From an uncultured Gammaproteobacteria bacterium (GTDB taxonomy: Bacteria; Patescibacteriota; Microgenomatia; PFEM01; CAZTHI01), in the NCBI GenBank assembly GCA_964613135.1, contig CAZTHI010000001.1, forward strand, positions 14,029-70,324: DNA of 56,296 bases, read 5' to 3'. Each line of letters starts with the position of its first letter. Position 1 is the stretch's first letter. The notes below the pieces were generated by a model that was not told the DNA's origin, ran no database searches, and saw only the letters and a list, made by a program, of their open reading frames with translations. Positions 14,576 through 24,423 of this stretch are shown piece after piece. The position numbers and the translations under genes are program-made.

Positions 14576-16605
14576 TTTTTCTCCAACATATCTTTTATTT
14601 TTTGATTTTGCGGGTCGATTCTCAAGATTTCCTCAAGCTGTTGGCGGGCCTCATCTTTACGGCCAATCTGCCGGTAAAGAAGAGAAAGAGCGTAACGGAC
14701 ATCGATATAATTTGGTTTCAACTTGACGGTTTCTTCCAGGGTGGTGATGGCCGTTTCGGTTTGGCCGAATTGAGCGTATAACAGGCCGAGGTTGTATTTT
14801 ATTTTCGGATCGGTGGGCGCCAGCTGTTCCGCCTGCAATAAAGTGGCCAAGGCCTGCTGATAATATTGACCGTCGACTTCACCGAGTCGGTAAAAAATTT
14901 TGATCCGGTTTTTCCAGAAGTTAAGATTAAAAGGGCTGATTTTTAAAGCCTGAGTTGATTGCTCGACGGCCATTTTAGCCAGCTGGGCGGAGAGGGTGGC
15001 GGTTTTGTCGTTTTGAGCCAAGGCGGCGAGCCCGGCCAGATCCAACCCCAGCTCGTCGTGATAGGAGGGTTCGAATGGCCGCAGGCTAACGGTACTGCTG
15101 GCGGCGCCATAGGCCAAATTGTATTGGCCGGCCTTGCCCAACTTTTCTGCTTTAGAAAATTGCGCGTCAGCGTACCAATATTTCAAAATTAAAAGTAAAA
15201 AGTAAAAAGTAAAAAGTAAAATACCGGCGCTTATCAGCCGCTGACTAGCGAAGATTTTTGGATTTTCTTTCGTCTCACGTATTTCGTCTTTCGTATCACT
15301 GATCGTCACTGCAAAAGCGGGGAATAAGAAAAACAGCAACGAAACCGGCACGACCGAGAAACCGAAGAAATTGGTAACGGCAATGCTGGTGAAGCCGGCG
15401 GCTAACGCCGAACTAATGACTGATAACTGACAACTTATAACTTTTTTAACGCTCCAGACGAGAAAACTGCCGATCAGAATTAAGTAGGCCACTAACCCAA
15501 GCGTACCGGTGGTGGCGGCGTAATTCAGATATTCGTTGTGGGCTTTGTTGTAAAGGAAATCCCATTCCGAAAGATCGTTATGTTCCCGAGGTCGATACCA
15601 GTAATAAGAGTAGGCGAAAGTTTCCGGACCGGTGCCGAACAGCGGATGATGGCGCCAGATATCAATGGCTCCTCGCCAAACTACCTTACGGATATCTGCT
15701 GACTTCGAACCACCCGCGTTTACCATTTGCGGAGTAATTTCTACTTTGTCGGTAAAGCCCAAAACGTAACGGATGTCTTGGCGGTTCCGATCCCACAATA
15801 TTTTGCCGCCAATTAGACCGACTCCCGCCAAAATGACGATGGTCACTGGCCAAAAACGTTTGAATCTGGGCGCGAGCTGTAAAGCCACTAAAACGCCGAC
15901 ACTAATGGCCGCCGCCATCAGGCCGGAACGAGACTTGGTATACCAAAGACACAAGAAACTGATAACTAAGAACAAATAACTAATGACTTTTTTTAGTTTA
16001 AAGTTATAAGTTGTAAGTTCTAAGTTAACCGCGAAGGCCAGGCCGAGCGGCAGAAGCGCCGCCAGCCAGGCGGCCAGCCAGTTGGGTTGACCCAAAGTCG
16101 AAAAGACGCGATTTTTAACATCTTGGACCCAATACTGGGCATCAATACCGAAATGCTCGGCGATGCCGTAGGCGGCGACAAGCGCCGCCGAAGCTAACGT
16201 AATACGTAATACGTGATACGTAATACGGGAATTGATATTGGAAACGAACGCCCAATACAACAACAAATAACTGATAACGGACAACAGGCCGCCGTTAAAG
16301 CGGGAGTAATAACCCCAAAAAGAAGTCTGCCGGTCGATTGAGAACAGATAACTGATAACTTGCGACAAGAAAAACAAAACCAGTGGCCAGTCCCAAAAAG
16401 AACGCCGAAAAATTACTTTTTTGGCTAAGACTATTTTTATCAGCCAAGCGCCGGTAATAACGGCGGTTAAAGCGTAAACGACTAACATTTTGTTAAACTC
16501 AAACAACTCAAAATTAAAAGGGCTAAACGCGAGTGGCGTTAAGAAAAAAAGAGCGTAAAAGGCGAATTCAATGATACGATTGCAGACATGTCCCGGGTTC
16601 TTCAC
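14572..16605 (-). CDS. O-antigen ligase-like polytopic membrane protein with C-terminal TPR repeats
   Basis: Many TM helices and a TPR tail (YNLGLLYAQFGQTETAI...). The GTG at 16605 lies 7 nt after TGTTATACT. The track's longer N-terminus overlaps mreB. Confidence 0.6.
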   Translation of the reverse strand: MKNPGHVCNRIIEFAFYALFFLTPLAFSPFNFELFEFNKMLVVYALTAVITGAWLIKIVLAKKVIFRRSFWDWPLVLFFLSQVISYLFSIDRQTSFWGYYSRFNGGLLSVISYLLLYWAFVSNINSRITYHVLRITLASAALVAAYGIAEHFGIDAQYWVQDVKNRVFSTLGQPNWLAAWLAALLPLGLAFAVNLELTTYNFKLKKVISYLFLVISFLCLWYTKSRSGLMAAAISVGVLVALQLAPRFKRFWPVTIVILAGVGLIGGKILWDRNRQDIRYVLGFTDKVEITPQMVNAGGSKSADIRKVVWRGAIDIWRHHPLFGTGPETFAYSYYWYRPREHNDLSEWDFLYNKAHNEYLNYAATTGTLGLVAYLILIGSFLVWSVKKVISCQLSVISSALAAGFTSIAVTNFFGFSVVPVSLLFFLFPAFAVTISDTKDEIRETKENPKIFASQRLISAGILLFTFYFLLLILKYWYADAQFSKAEKLGKAGQYNLAYGAASSTVSLRPFEPSYHDELGLDLAGLAALAQNDKTATLSAQLAKMAVEQSTQALKISPFNLNFWKNRIKIFYRLGEVDGQYYQQALATLLQAEQLAPTDPKIKYNLGLLYAQFGQTETAITTLEETVKLKPNYIDVRYALSLLYRQIGRKDEARQQLEEILRIDPQNQKIKDMLEKK
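15191..15218. repeat. heptamer array AAAAGTA x4 (perfect)
   Basis: Encodes LLFTFYFLL. Confidence 0.9.
15262..15306. repeat. heptamer-periodic tract (TTTCGTC/TCACGTA...)
   Basis: The tract tttcgtctcacgtatttcgtctttcgtatcactgatcgtcac encodes SDTKDEIRETKEN. Confidence 0.7.
15406..15447. repeat. heptamer array AACTNAT-like x5
   Basis: The array aactaatgactgataactgacaacttataactttt encodes KKVISCQLSVISS. Confidence 0.75.
15952..16026. repeat. two adjacent heptamer arrays in inverted orientation (AACTNAT / AAGTTNT)
   Basis: aactgataactaagaacaaataactaatgac-ttttttt-agtttaaagttataagttgtaagttctaagtt. Confidence 0.8.
16197..16227. repeat. heptamer array ACGTAAT x4
   Basis: The array acgtaatacgtaatacgtgatacgtaatacg encodes RITYHVLRIT. 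Confidence 0.9.
16255..16287. repeat. degenerate heptamer tract (ATAACTG/ATAACGG)
   Basis: Encodes LLSVISYLLLY. Confidence 0.55.
16336..16365. repeat. degenerate heptamer tract (AACAGAT/AACTGAT/AACTTGC)
   Basis: Encodes SQVISYLFSI. Confidence 0.55.
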
Positions 16606-16612
16606 TGATACA

Positions 16613-16621
16613 AGTATAACA
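16613..16621 (-). promoter_or_regulatory. extended -10 (TGTTATACT), 7 nt before the GTG at 16605
   Basis: The minus strand reads TGTTATACT-tgtatca-GTG. Confidence 0.5.
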
Positions 16622-16628
16622 TGGGTTG

Positions 16629-16637
16629 TGCTAGAAT
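16629..16637 (+). promoter_or_regulatory. extended -10 (TGCTAGAAT), 7 nt before the mreB ATG
   Basis: TGCTAGAAT-tgatttg-ATG (16645). Confidence 0.6.
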
Positions 16638-16644
16638 TGATTTG

Positions 16645-17688
16645 ATGCTGGAATCTCTTTTTTCTTTTCTCACTTACGATCTGGGTATTGATATGGGGAC
16701 CGCCAATACTTTGGTTTTGGTTAAGGGCAAGGGCATTGTGATCCGCGAGCCGTCGGTGGTGGCCAGGCATAAAAAAACCAAGCAAATTATTGCCATTGGC
16801 GGCCAGGCCAAAAAAATGATCGGCAAAACGCCGCTAACCGTGGAGATCGTCCGGCCGCTTAAAGACGGCGTCATTGTCGATTTTGACGCTACCGAGGTTT
16901 TGTTGGCGCATTATATTCAGGAAGCGCAACGACCGCCCAAAATTCCCAAGCCTCGAGTTGTGATCGGCATTCCTTCTGGTGTAACTGAAGTGGAAAGGCG
17001 AGCAGTTCAGGAAGCGTGTTTGGCCGCCGGGGCGCGCAAGGCTTATCTGATTGAGGAGCCGATGGCAGCGGCGATCGGGCTGGGTTTACCGATTGACCGG
17101 CCGGAAGGGGCCCTGTTGGTGGACATCGGCGGCGGTACCACCGAAATTGCCGTGATATCGTTGGGGGGCATTGTGGTAGAGCGGTGTTTGCGGGTGGCCG
17201 GGGCTGAGATGGACGAAGCCGTGATGGCTTTTTTACGCCTGAAATACTCGATTTTATTGGGTGAAGCCACCGCGGAAGATATTAAAATTCAATTAGGCTC
17301 GGCGATGCCGCTTGGCAGCGTGGAGAAAGAAAATCACCTGATTGTCCGTGGCCGCGGTTTGGAAACCGGCCTGCCGAAGTCCATCAAAATTAGCGCTAGC
17401 GAAGTTAGAGAAGCGATCGCCCCGATTGTCCAGCAAATTCTGGAAACTATTACCGGTGTTATTGAAGAAACGCCGCCGGAGTTGGTGGCCGATATTGTCG
17501 CCCGGGGGATCATCCTTTACGGCGGGACCGCCCAGCTGGCGGGTTTGGACAAATTGATCGCCGAAGAAACAAAGATGCCGGTTTGGCTGGCCGACGATCC
17601 CATGACGGTGGTGGTCCGCGGTTGCGGCAAACTTTTGGCAGACGAAAAACTACTCGCCCGCGTCCGGGTGACCGGAGGGTTAAAATAG
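16645..17688 (+). CDS. mreB: rod-shape protein MreB
   Basis: 'DLGIDMGTANTLV...DIGGGTTEIAV' are actin-fold motifs. Confidence 0.9.
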   Translation: MLESLFSFLTYDLGIDMGTANTLVLVKGKGIVIREPSVVARHKKTKQIIAIGGQAKKMIGKTPLTVEIVRPLKDGVIVDFDATEVLLAHYIQEAQRPPKIPKPRVVIGIPSGVTEVERRAVQEACLAAGARKAYLIEEPMAAAIGLGLPIDRPEGALLVDIGGGTTEIAVISLGGIVVERCLRVAGAEMDEAVMAFLRLKYSILLGEATAEDIKIQLGSAMPLGSVEKENHLIVRGRGLETGLPKSIKISASEVREAIAPIVQQILETITGVIEETPPELVADIVARGIILYGGTAQLAGLDKLIAEETKMPVWLADDPMTVVVRGCGKLLADEKLLARVRVTGGLK

Positions 17689-17690
17689 CG

Positions 17691-18836
17691 ATGGTGAAAA
17701 GAATAGAAAAACTTTCTCCATCTCCGACTTTAGCTTTAGATGCGAAAGTGAAACTTCTTCAGGCCAAAGGGATTAAGATTATTAACCTTGCGCTCGGCGA
17801 GCCTGATTTCGAGACACCCTTGTCTATTAAAAGAGCCGCCATCAAAGCCATAAAAGACGGGTTTACTCATTACACCGCCACTTCGGGAATTTCCGAGCTG
17901 AAGGAGGCGATTTGTCGGAAGTTAAAAAGAGAAAATAACCTGGATTATCAGACTGAGGAAATTATCGTCAGCGTGGGTAGTAAGCAGGCGCTTTTTAATG
18001 CCTTTATGGCTTTATGCGATAAAGGCGATGAGGTTCTGGTGCCTATTCCCACCTGGAGTACCTATGTCGAACAAATAAAACTGGCGGAAGGTAAACCGGT
18101 GTTAATTCCACTTAGAGAACCCTTTAAGTTAACTGCCAAAGATCTTCTTAAAAAAATCTCGCCGAAAACCAGAATCTTAATTCTTAATAATCCTGCCAAT
18201 CCAACGGGTGCGGTCATTGAAAAGAGTGAACTTGAGGAAATTGCCAAAATCGCGGTCAGTAAAAATATTTGGATAATTTCGGATGAAATTTACGAAAAAA
18301 TAATATATGGCATTAAACATTTTTCAATCGCTTCCTTAAACGGAAAAATCAAAAATAAAACGATAACGATTAACGGCCTTTCCAAATCTTATGCGATGAC
18401 TGGTTGGAGAGTTGGCTATGCCGCCGGCCCGCAAGAGATTATTAAGGCGATGGAAGCGCTTCAAAGTCAGACGACCTCAAACACGTCTTCTATTTCCCAA
18501 ATGGCCGCCGTCGAGGCTTTAGAGGGCAGCCCAAAAGACCTTCGGCTGATGGTTAAAGAGTTTCAGAAAAGACGTCAATTTATCTGCCAGAAACTTTCAG
18601 AGATTAAATCGCTCTCCTTCACCGTCCCGGAAGGAGCCTTTTATGTTTTCGTAAATATTGGGAAAAAAGATTCTGCCTCCTGGTGCGAAAAACTTTTGGA
18701 AAAAGAGCAAGTCGCCGTCGTCCCCGGCGAAGCTTTTCTTCATTCGGGATATTTCCGTTTAAGTTTTGCCCTTTCGCTGAGCAATCTCAAGGAGGGAGTC
18801 AAAAGGATTAGATCTTTTTGTCAAAATGATAACTAG
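17691..18836 (+). CDS. PLP-dependent (aspartate-type) aminotransferase
   Basis: 'LALGEPDF..', 'NPANPTG', 'SKSYAMTGWRVGY'. Start at MVKRIEKL. Confidence 0.85.
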   Translation: MVKRIEKLSPSPTLALDAKVKLLQAKGIKIINLALGEPDFETPLSIKRAAIKAIKDGFTHYTATSGISELKEAICRKLKRENNLDYQTEEIIVSVGSKQALFNAFMALCDKGDEVLVPIPTWSTYVEQIKLAEGKPVLIPLREPFKLTAKDLLKKISPKTRILILNNPANPTGAVIEKSELEEIAKIAVSKNIWIISDEIYEKIIYGIKHFSIASLNGKIKNKTITINGLSKSYAMTGWRVGYAAGPQEIIKAMEALQSQTTSNTSSISQMAAVEALEGSPKDLRLMVKEFQKRRQFICQKLSEIKSLSFTVPEGAFYVFVNIGKKDSASWCEKLLEKEQVAVVPGEAFLHSGYFRLSFALSLSNLKEGVKRIRSFCQNDN

Positions 18837-20334
18837 AAAGATCCCCTCGACGATGGCCTCACAGCACCCAGACCACGCCGGAAGGCCTTATTGGAATAAT
18901 GAGGAGTTTATTAGCACCAACCAGGAGACAAAAGAGTGTTACTTAATGTATTCGGAGTTGGGGATACCGGAGTATAAATGGGATTGGGAAGGAAAATTAG
19001 TTGATGAGTCGGTTATCGAGAGGCTTTGGGGAGAACATTTTGACTATTTTAAAAAAAACCAGCTTGGCAAGGAAAAGTTTTTAACTTTTCGGTTGCCAAA
19101 TCCAAAAGTGGAAACGGAATTTAGACTAGGCCGGGCCTTTATGGGCATCTTAAGTGCCGCCGGTTTGGCTAAGCAAGTGGGGATAAACTGTCCGCCTATT
19201 TTTGAAGTCATTCTGCCCATGACGGAATCCGCCGAAGAAATGATGGCGATTCAGGAGGCTTTTGAAGAGATCGCTTCGTTAAAACACCCTTTATATAATT
19301 TTGAAAACCAGATGCGGCAAATCGAGGTGATTCCTTTGTTCGAACAGGTAGAAATAATTTATCATTCTGACAAAATTATCGATAAATATCTTACTTTGCA
19401 CCGAAGAAAATTTGGCGCCAAACCCCCTTATCTACGACCATACTTGGCCAGATCCGATCCGGCTTTAAATTCCGGACTCGTTCCCACGGTCCTGGCGATA
19501 AAAGTGGCTCTTTCCCAATTCCGAGATTTTGAGGAGAGAAAAGGGATAAACCTTTATCCCATTATCGGTACCGGTTCTTTGCCTTTCCGCGGCGGCTTAA
19601 CTCCGGAAACGACAGAGTCATTTCTTCAGGAATACGGAGGAATAAGAACCGCTTTAATCCAAAGCGCTTTTCGATATGATTTTGAAAAAGATAAAGTAAT
19701 CAAAGCGATTAAAAGATTAAATACCGCCCTGCCAAAGACCAGAACAAAGAAAGTTTCTCCAGCGGAAAAGAAGAAAATTCCGGAATTAATCACTAACTTT
19801 GAAACCTATTACCGCCGGACAATTGAAGAGGTCGCTCCCTTAATAAATCACGTTGCCGGCTATTTACCAAGAAGAAGGGAGCGGGTTTTACACATCGGTC
19901 TTTTTGGTTATTCGCGGGGGGTGGGAAGAGTCAAGCTTCCCCGAGCGATTGGCTTTACGGCGGCGTTATATTCATTAGGAATACCGCCGGAATTAATCGG
20001 AACTGGTCATGGCCTAAGGCAGGCAGCCCGTTTAAAGAAACTAGGTTTGGTGGAAAAATACTACCATGGGCTGAAAAGTGATCTTTTGCGGGCGGGAAGA
20101 TTTTTAAATAAAGAAAATTTACGAAAGCTTGCCTCTCGATCGTCTGGCTGGGAGTCCGTAATTAAAGACGTAAAAGAGATTGAGAAATATTTAGGCGAAA
20201 GTTTATCGCCGGTTACGGATGAGGAAGTCGAACATCAAAAAATTACCTCAAGAATTTACCAAAAGATGAAAAGTGACACCCCCGTTGGTAAAGACATTCA
20301 AAGAGCGGCTGTTTTGCGAAAGAGTCTCGGCTAA
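18826..20334 (+). CDS. archaeal-type phosphoenolpyruvate carboxylase
   Basis: 'IPSTMASQHPDHA...EYKWDWEGKLVDE' is the N-terminal signature of PepcA-type enzymes. Confidence 0.7.
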   Translation: MITRKIPSTMASQHPDHAGRPYWNNEEFISTNQETKECYLMYSELGIPEYKWDWEGKLVDESVIERLWGEHFDYFKKNQLGKEKFLTFRLPNPKVETEFRLGRAFMGILSAAGLAKQVGINCPPIFEVILPMTESAEEMMAIQEAFEEIASLKHPLYNFENQMRQIEVIPLFEQVEIIYHSDKIIDKYLTLHRRKFGAKPPYLRPYLARSDPALNSGLVPTVLAIKVALSQFRDFEERKGINLYPIIGTGSLPFRGGLTPETTESFLQEYGGIRTALIQSAFRYDFEKDKVIKAIKRLNTALPKTRTKKVSPAEKKKIPELITNFETYYRRTIEEVAPLINHVAGYLPRRRERVLHIGLFGYSRGVGRVKLPRAIGFTAALYSLGIPPELIGTGHGLRQAARLKKLGLVEKYYHGLKSDLLRAGRFLNKENLRKLASRSSGWESVIKDVKEIEKYLGESLSPVTDEEVEHQKITSRIYQKMKSDTPVGKDIQRAAVLRKSLG

Positions 20335-20356
20335 AAATCTGTGTTAAAATGACTTC

Positions 20357-21088
20357 ATGCGGCGGTTTTTGTTTTTACTGTTTCTTTCTCTCTTTTTGAT
20401 TTTAGCCGACAAAAAAAATTGGCTGACCTCGCCGAAATCGTTGCTGGAACGGCCGTTGCTTTGGGCGGAAGAAATAATTTTTACCGCTTTCCGCCAAACT
20501 GAAGAAATTTCTCCGGTTGCCGGTGATGAACGGCAGCAATTGACAGTGAGTCAAAACGATTTAAGCAGTTGCCGCGAGGAGAACGAAAAAATGCGTAAAC
20601 TGTTGGGCGCGCCCTTACCGCCCCAATGGAAATTTATGGACGCCCGCGTCATTGGTTTGGTTTCCGGACAGCTGAGGATAAATAAAGGCCAAAGTGAGGG
20701 AGTTAAAGACGGGGCCAATGTCATTTACGAGAATATTTTAGTCGGCAAAGTGGTCAGCTTGGGCGTTCACGATGCTTGGGTGCAGACGGTTTCTTCTGCG
20801 GAGAGCAAAATCCCGGTGGTGGTTAAAAAAATTGGTTCGTCAGGCATTCAAGCCAGGGGATTGCTGGTTTGGCAGGGCAACGAATTAATTTTAGATCGGG
20901 TCCTGCAGTCCGAGGATATTCAAAAAGGTGATTTGATCGTCACCGCCGGCGAGGCTGATTGGTTACCGGAGCTTTTGATCGGCACAATTGCTGAAGTTTC
21001 ACCAAAAACGCCGGAGGTTTATCAGAAAGCCAAGGTCGAACCGTTAATAGATTATGGGAAATTGAGAATCGTATTTGTTGTCCGATGA
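20357..21088 (+). CDS. mreC: rod-shape protein MreC
   Basis: Follows the mreB region. TM anchor, coiled segment and beta-rich C-terminus (GDLIVTAG). Confidence 0.7.
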   Translation: MRRFLFLLFLSLFLILADKKNWLTSPKSLLERPLLWAEEIIFTAFRQTEEISPVAGDERQQLTVSQNDLSSCREENEKMRKLLGAPLPPQWKFMDARVIGLVSGQLRINKGQSEGVKDGANVIYENILVGKVVSLGVHDAWVQTVSSAESKIPVVVKKIGSSGIQARGLLVWQGNELILDRVLQSEDIQKGDLIVTAGEADWLPELLIGTIAEVSPKTPEVYQKAKVEPLIDYGKLRIVFVVR

Positions 21089-21393
21089 TTTTTTTAGTGG
21101 TTTTAATTTTTAGCTTATTGCAGGCCACTTTTTTGCCGTTAAATTTAGTTTTATGGCTGGTTATTCTCTGGTCCGCCCGCCGGCCGGAAGAAAAAAGTCT
21201 TTATCTGGCGGTTGGCGCCGGCCTGATTTTGGATTTAGCCAAAGGCGGGATCCTGGGTTTTTCCAGTTTATTGTTCTTAGTTACTCGTTATTTGTTAATT
21301 TTGTACTCCCGGCGCTTCAACTCTTTGCATCCGGCCTTCCTAATTGCTTTTATGCTGATGGCGACTTTTGTTTACGCCTTCTTTATTAAATGA
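21085..21393 (+). CDS. mreD: MreD-like small membrane protein
   Basis: 102 aa and polytopic. Positioned between mreC and mrdA with overlapping stop/start codons. Confidence 0.5.
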   Translation: MIFLVVLIFSLLQATFLPLNLVLWLVILWSARRPEEKSLYLAVGAGLILDLAKGGILGFSSLLFLVTRYLLILYSRRFNSLHPAFLIAFMLMATFVYAFFIK

Positions 21394-22946
21394 AAATTAG
21401 AATTTACTTTTTTTACGGCTTGTTGATTTTGGGCTTTTTATTGTTGACCGGCCGGCTGGTGGAGTTGCAAATTATTTTGGGCGCCCGCAACCGGCAGTTG
21501 GCCGAGGGTAACCGGATCAAAAAAATTATGGTGCCTGCGCCCCGGGGCATCATTTACGGCCGCAGCGACCAACCACTGGTGAGAAATGTGCCCGTTTATC
21601 GCTTATGCCCTGACGAAACTGACTGCCAAACGATTACTCGCGAAGAGGCGTTGAAATTAGAAGCGGCCGGCCAAACCGGCGAACTGAAAACGAATATCGG
21701 CCGGGCCTATCTTTACGGACCGGCCTTGTCGGCTGCCCTCGGCTATTTGGGCGAGGCCAATGAAGAAGAGGTTAAAAACGGCCAGCGGGAATTGGGCGAT
21801 TTATTGGGCCGAGCGGGAATAGAACAACGGTATGATGCCATTTTGCGGGGCAAAGACGGCGGCGAATTGATCGAAGTTGACGCGCGGGGCCGGCAAATCC
21901 GGGCCATTGGCCAGATCGCCCCCGAGTCGGGTAAAGATCTGCAACTAACGCTGGACGCCAAACTTTCTCAAGTCGCTTACAACGCCCTGGAAGGCAAAAA
22001 AGGGGCGGTGGTGGTCAGCGAGGTTAAAACCGGCCAAATTTTGGTGCTGGTTTCTTCGCCGTCGTTTGATCCGGAAAAAATTACCGCCAAAGATTTAACC
22101 GGCCCCGACCAGCCCATGTTTAACCGGGCGATTGCCGGCGCTTACCCGCCGGGCTCCACTTTTAAAATTGTGACCACGGCCGCCGGCGTCGAAGAAGGCA
22201 AAATTGACCAAAATACTCTTTTTGAAGACACCGGCCAAATTACGGTGGGCGATTATACCTACCGCAACTGGTATTTTACCCAGTACGGCAAGACCGAAGG
22301 CAAGATCGATGTTGTTCGGGCGATTAAGCGTTCGACCGACACTTTCTTTTATAAGGTAGGGGAATGGGTCGGCCCGGAAAAATTGATGGCCTGGGCCAGG
22401 GAATTCGGTTTGGGCAAGCAAACCGGCATTGATATCGGCGGTGAAGCCGCCGGTTTAGTCCCGGATCCCACCGGTCAGCGGTGGTTTTTGGGTAACACTT
22501 ATCATGTTGCCATTGGCCAGGGGGATTTGTTAACGACACCGTTGCAAGTAAATCTGATGACAGCGGCGATTGCCAACGGCGGCAAATTATGTCAACCCAC
22601 AATCGTAAATTCCCAATTACAAAATCCAAATTCTAAATCAGAGTGCCAGGATTTAAAATTAAAACCGGAAACATTGCGTCTGATTAAAGAGGGAATGAAA
22701 GCGGTTTGCGCCACCGGCGGGACGGCTTTTCCTTTGTTTGATTTTAATCCTCAGGTTGCTTGCAAGACGGGAACCGCCGAATTCGGGGATCCGCAAAACC
22801 GCACTCATGCTTGGCTGACCGCGTTTGCGCCTGTTGATGATCCTGAAATTTCTGTAACGGTTTTGGTGGAAGCCGGCGGCGAAGGCTCTTACGTGGCTGC
22901 CCCGATTGCCAAAAAGGTTTTGGAGCAATATTTTAAAGTTGACTAA
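21390..22946 (+). CDS. mrdA: penicillin-binding protein 2 (transpeptidase)
   Basis: 'PPGSTFKIVT' (SxxK) and 'KTGTAE' motifs. Confidence 0.85.
   Translation: MKIRIYFFYGLLILGFLLLTGRLVELQIILGARNRQLAEGNRIKKIMVPAPRGIIYGRSDQPLVRNVPVYRLCPDETDCQTITREEALKLEAAGQTGELKTNIGRAYLYGPALSAALGYLGEANEEEVKNGQRELGDLLGRAGIEQRYDAILRGKDGGELIEVDARGRQIRAIGQIAPESGKDLQLTLDAKLSQVAYNALEGKKGAVVVSEVKTGQILVLVSSPSFDPEKITAKDLTGPDQPMFNRAIAGAYPPGSTFKIVTTAAGVEEGKIDQNTLFEDTGQITVGDYTYRNWYFTQYGKTEGKIDVVRAIKRSTDTFFYKVGEWVGPEKLMAWAREFGLGKQTGIDIGGEAAGLVPDPTGQRWFLGNTYHVAIGQGDLLTTPLQVNLMTAAIANGGKLCQPTIVNSQLQNPNSKSECQDLKLKPETLRLIKEGMKAVCATGGTAFPLFDFNPQVACKTGTAEFGDPQNRTHAWLTAFAPVDDPEISVTVLVEAGGEGSYVAAPIAKKVLEQYFKVD
22607..22641. repeat. 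degenerate heptamer tract (AAATTCC/CAATTAC/AAAATCC/AAATTCT/AAATCAG)
   Basis: Encodes NSQLQNPNSKS in mrdA. Confidence 0.6.
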
Positions 22947-23704
22947 AGATCGACGACCAGGCTCAAATCTACTTTCTTCAGCGGCTGGCCAAGTTTGCCG
23001 AAATAAAGCGAAAGACCGTTTTCCAGCGCCAACCATTTGGAAAGATTGGCTCCGTATGAAATTCTGGATAAACGGTATAAATGATATTGCTGTTGAAGCT
23101 CTTGCTGAGTATCTTTGATGCCTTTATCTATTTTTTGGGGATTGCCGTTGTCCGGCGTAACCGTCGTTTTGACCGCCATGAGAATGCCTTTATTAAAGAC
23201 TACCACCTCAGCGACATTTTCCTTTTTAAGAAAACCACCAATATCTGCGCCCGCCAAAGTTTCGGCGATTGTGCCCTCAACACCGGACGGATGGGAGTGG
23301 GCGCCCAAAACTCTTTTTTGTTTGGCATCGGTTTTAAGATCGGGAGGAATGTAGGCATTGACGTGATCTTTCCCACCCACTTTTATCGGGGTTTCGATTA
23401 ATTTTCCGGTGGTCAGTCCCGCGTAGTAATTGACGGCTCTTTCGTTGCCGTCGGCATTGGTGGCAGCCATCATTTTACTCATAGTTTGGCCGAGCGGGCC
23501 GAGATCAATTTCATTAGGGGTGGCGGTGGCGGGGACATGGCCGCCGGTTAAGCCCAGATAAATGAGAACCGAGCGGAAAGTTTGGTAAGGCCAAGCGGTT
23601 TTGCCTTCCAATTTTTGCCGCAAATCTTCTTGCGCCCGCAGCTGCCAATCCTCTCGTTTTTTATACGGACCTTCGCCCAACAAATCGCCGAAATCCAAAG
23701 CCAT
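22943..23704 (-). CDS. hypothetical protein with a RadC/JAB-like 'HSHPSG' motif
   Basis: 'VLGAHSHPSGVEG' resembles the JAB/MPN 'HxHPSG'. The downstream SxxD is not evident. Start at MALDFG. Confidence 0.4.
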   Translation of the reverse strand: MALDFGDLLGEGPYKKREDWQLRAQEDLRQKLEGKTAWPYQTFRSVLIYLGLTGGHVPATATPNEIDLGPLGQTMSKMMAATNADGNERAVNYYAGLTTGKLIETPIKVGGKDHVNAYIPPDLKTDAKQKRVLGAHSHPSGVEGTIAETLAGADIGGFLKKENVAEVVVFNKGILMAVKTTVTPDNGNPQKIDKGIKDTQQELQQQYHLYRLSRISYGANLSKWLALENGLSLYFGKLGQPLKKVDLSLVVDL

Positions 23705-23715
23705 ATTAATATGTA

Positions 23716-23724
23716 TGGTAGAAT
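23716..23724 (+). promoter_or_regulatory. extended -10 (TGGTAGAAT), 6 nt before the ATG at 23731
   Basis: TGGTAGAAT-aaaaac-ATG. Confidence 0.55.
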
Positions 23725-23730
23725 AAAAAC

Positions 23731-24414
23731 ATGGCCGAAGCAACTGCGTCGTTCGAAGTGCCTCAATTTTCCCCGACGGTGGAGTCGGCCGCCAAAGTTT
23801 TATTCCCCGATCAAAATGCCATTTGGACGGCTCTTCGTCAGGCGCCTGCCAAGACGGGGGAGCTAACAGCGCCGGTTCAGGCGGCTTATCAATGGGTTGA
23901 TTTTCAATTAAATCGCTTTAGTAATTTAGACAATAATCCTTTGGCTTTGCCCGCTTATCGCTGGGATGGTTCGGTGCCGCCGGGTGGCGTGGTCAAAGGT
24001 AGACTAGGACTGCCCGGTATAAAAAGAGGATATCATCCCGGACCTATCGGTCGTAACGACGCGATTGATCCGCCGGTGCCGCCGGAAAAAATTAAAAAAA
24101 GATGGGAAGCGGCCTCCGCGGAAGTCAAAGCCAAAATTCAGGCCGAAGCCGAGCAGATTGATCGGCAAAGAAAGGAAATGCAGCCGGTTTTGGCCGGTTT
24201 TGAGAAAGCGCTTCAAGATTTAAAACTGACCGACATTAGCGGTCGGGATCTTTGTGTCGCTTACAATTATCGGCAATATCGAACCAGACAAATTAGTGAG
24301 AAATCTTATTATCGGTATTTTACCGGCCGGTGGGGATTGGTGCCCGACGGTCGCCGCGTTTCGATTGAAATGGCGGTTGATAGAGTGCTTGATAAAAAGA
24401 AGGATTTGAGATAA
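23731..24414 (+). CDS. hypothetical protein
   Basis: 227-aa ORF, divergent from the JAB-like gene. No recognisable motif. Confidence 0.45.
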   Translation: MAEATASFEVPQFSPTVESAAKVLFPDQNAIWTALRQAPAKTGELTAPVQAAYQWVDFQLNRFSNLDNNPLALPAYRWDGSVPPGGVVKGRLGLPGIKRGYHPGPIGRNDAIDPPVPPEKIKKRWEAASAEVKAKIQAEAEQIDRQRKEMQPVLAGFEKALQDLKLTDISGRDLCVAYNYRQYRTRQISEKSYYRYFTGRWGLVPDGRRVSIEMAVDRVLDKKKDLR

Positions 24415-24423
24415 ACTAGTCTC

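Noticed and set aside
15191-16227. Heptamer arrays considered as a CRISPR or minisatellite locus
   Set aside because: The period is only 7 nt, there are no spacers, and the arrays lie inside a continuous ORF. They are not CRISPR.
16606-16785. 60-codon N-terminal extension of the O-antigen-ligase-like ORF, and the ATG at 16621 for mreB
   Set aside because: The extension overlaps mreB on the opposite strand. The promoter boxes instead place starts at the GTG at 16605 and the ATG at 16645.
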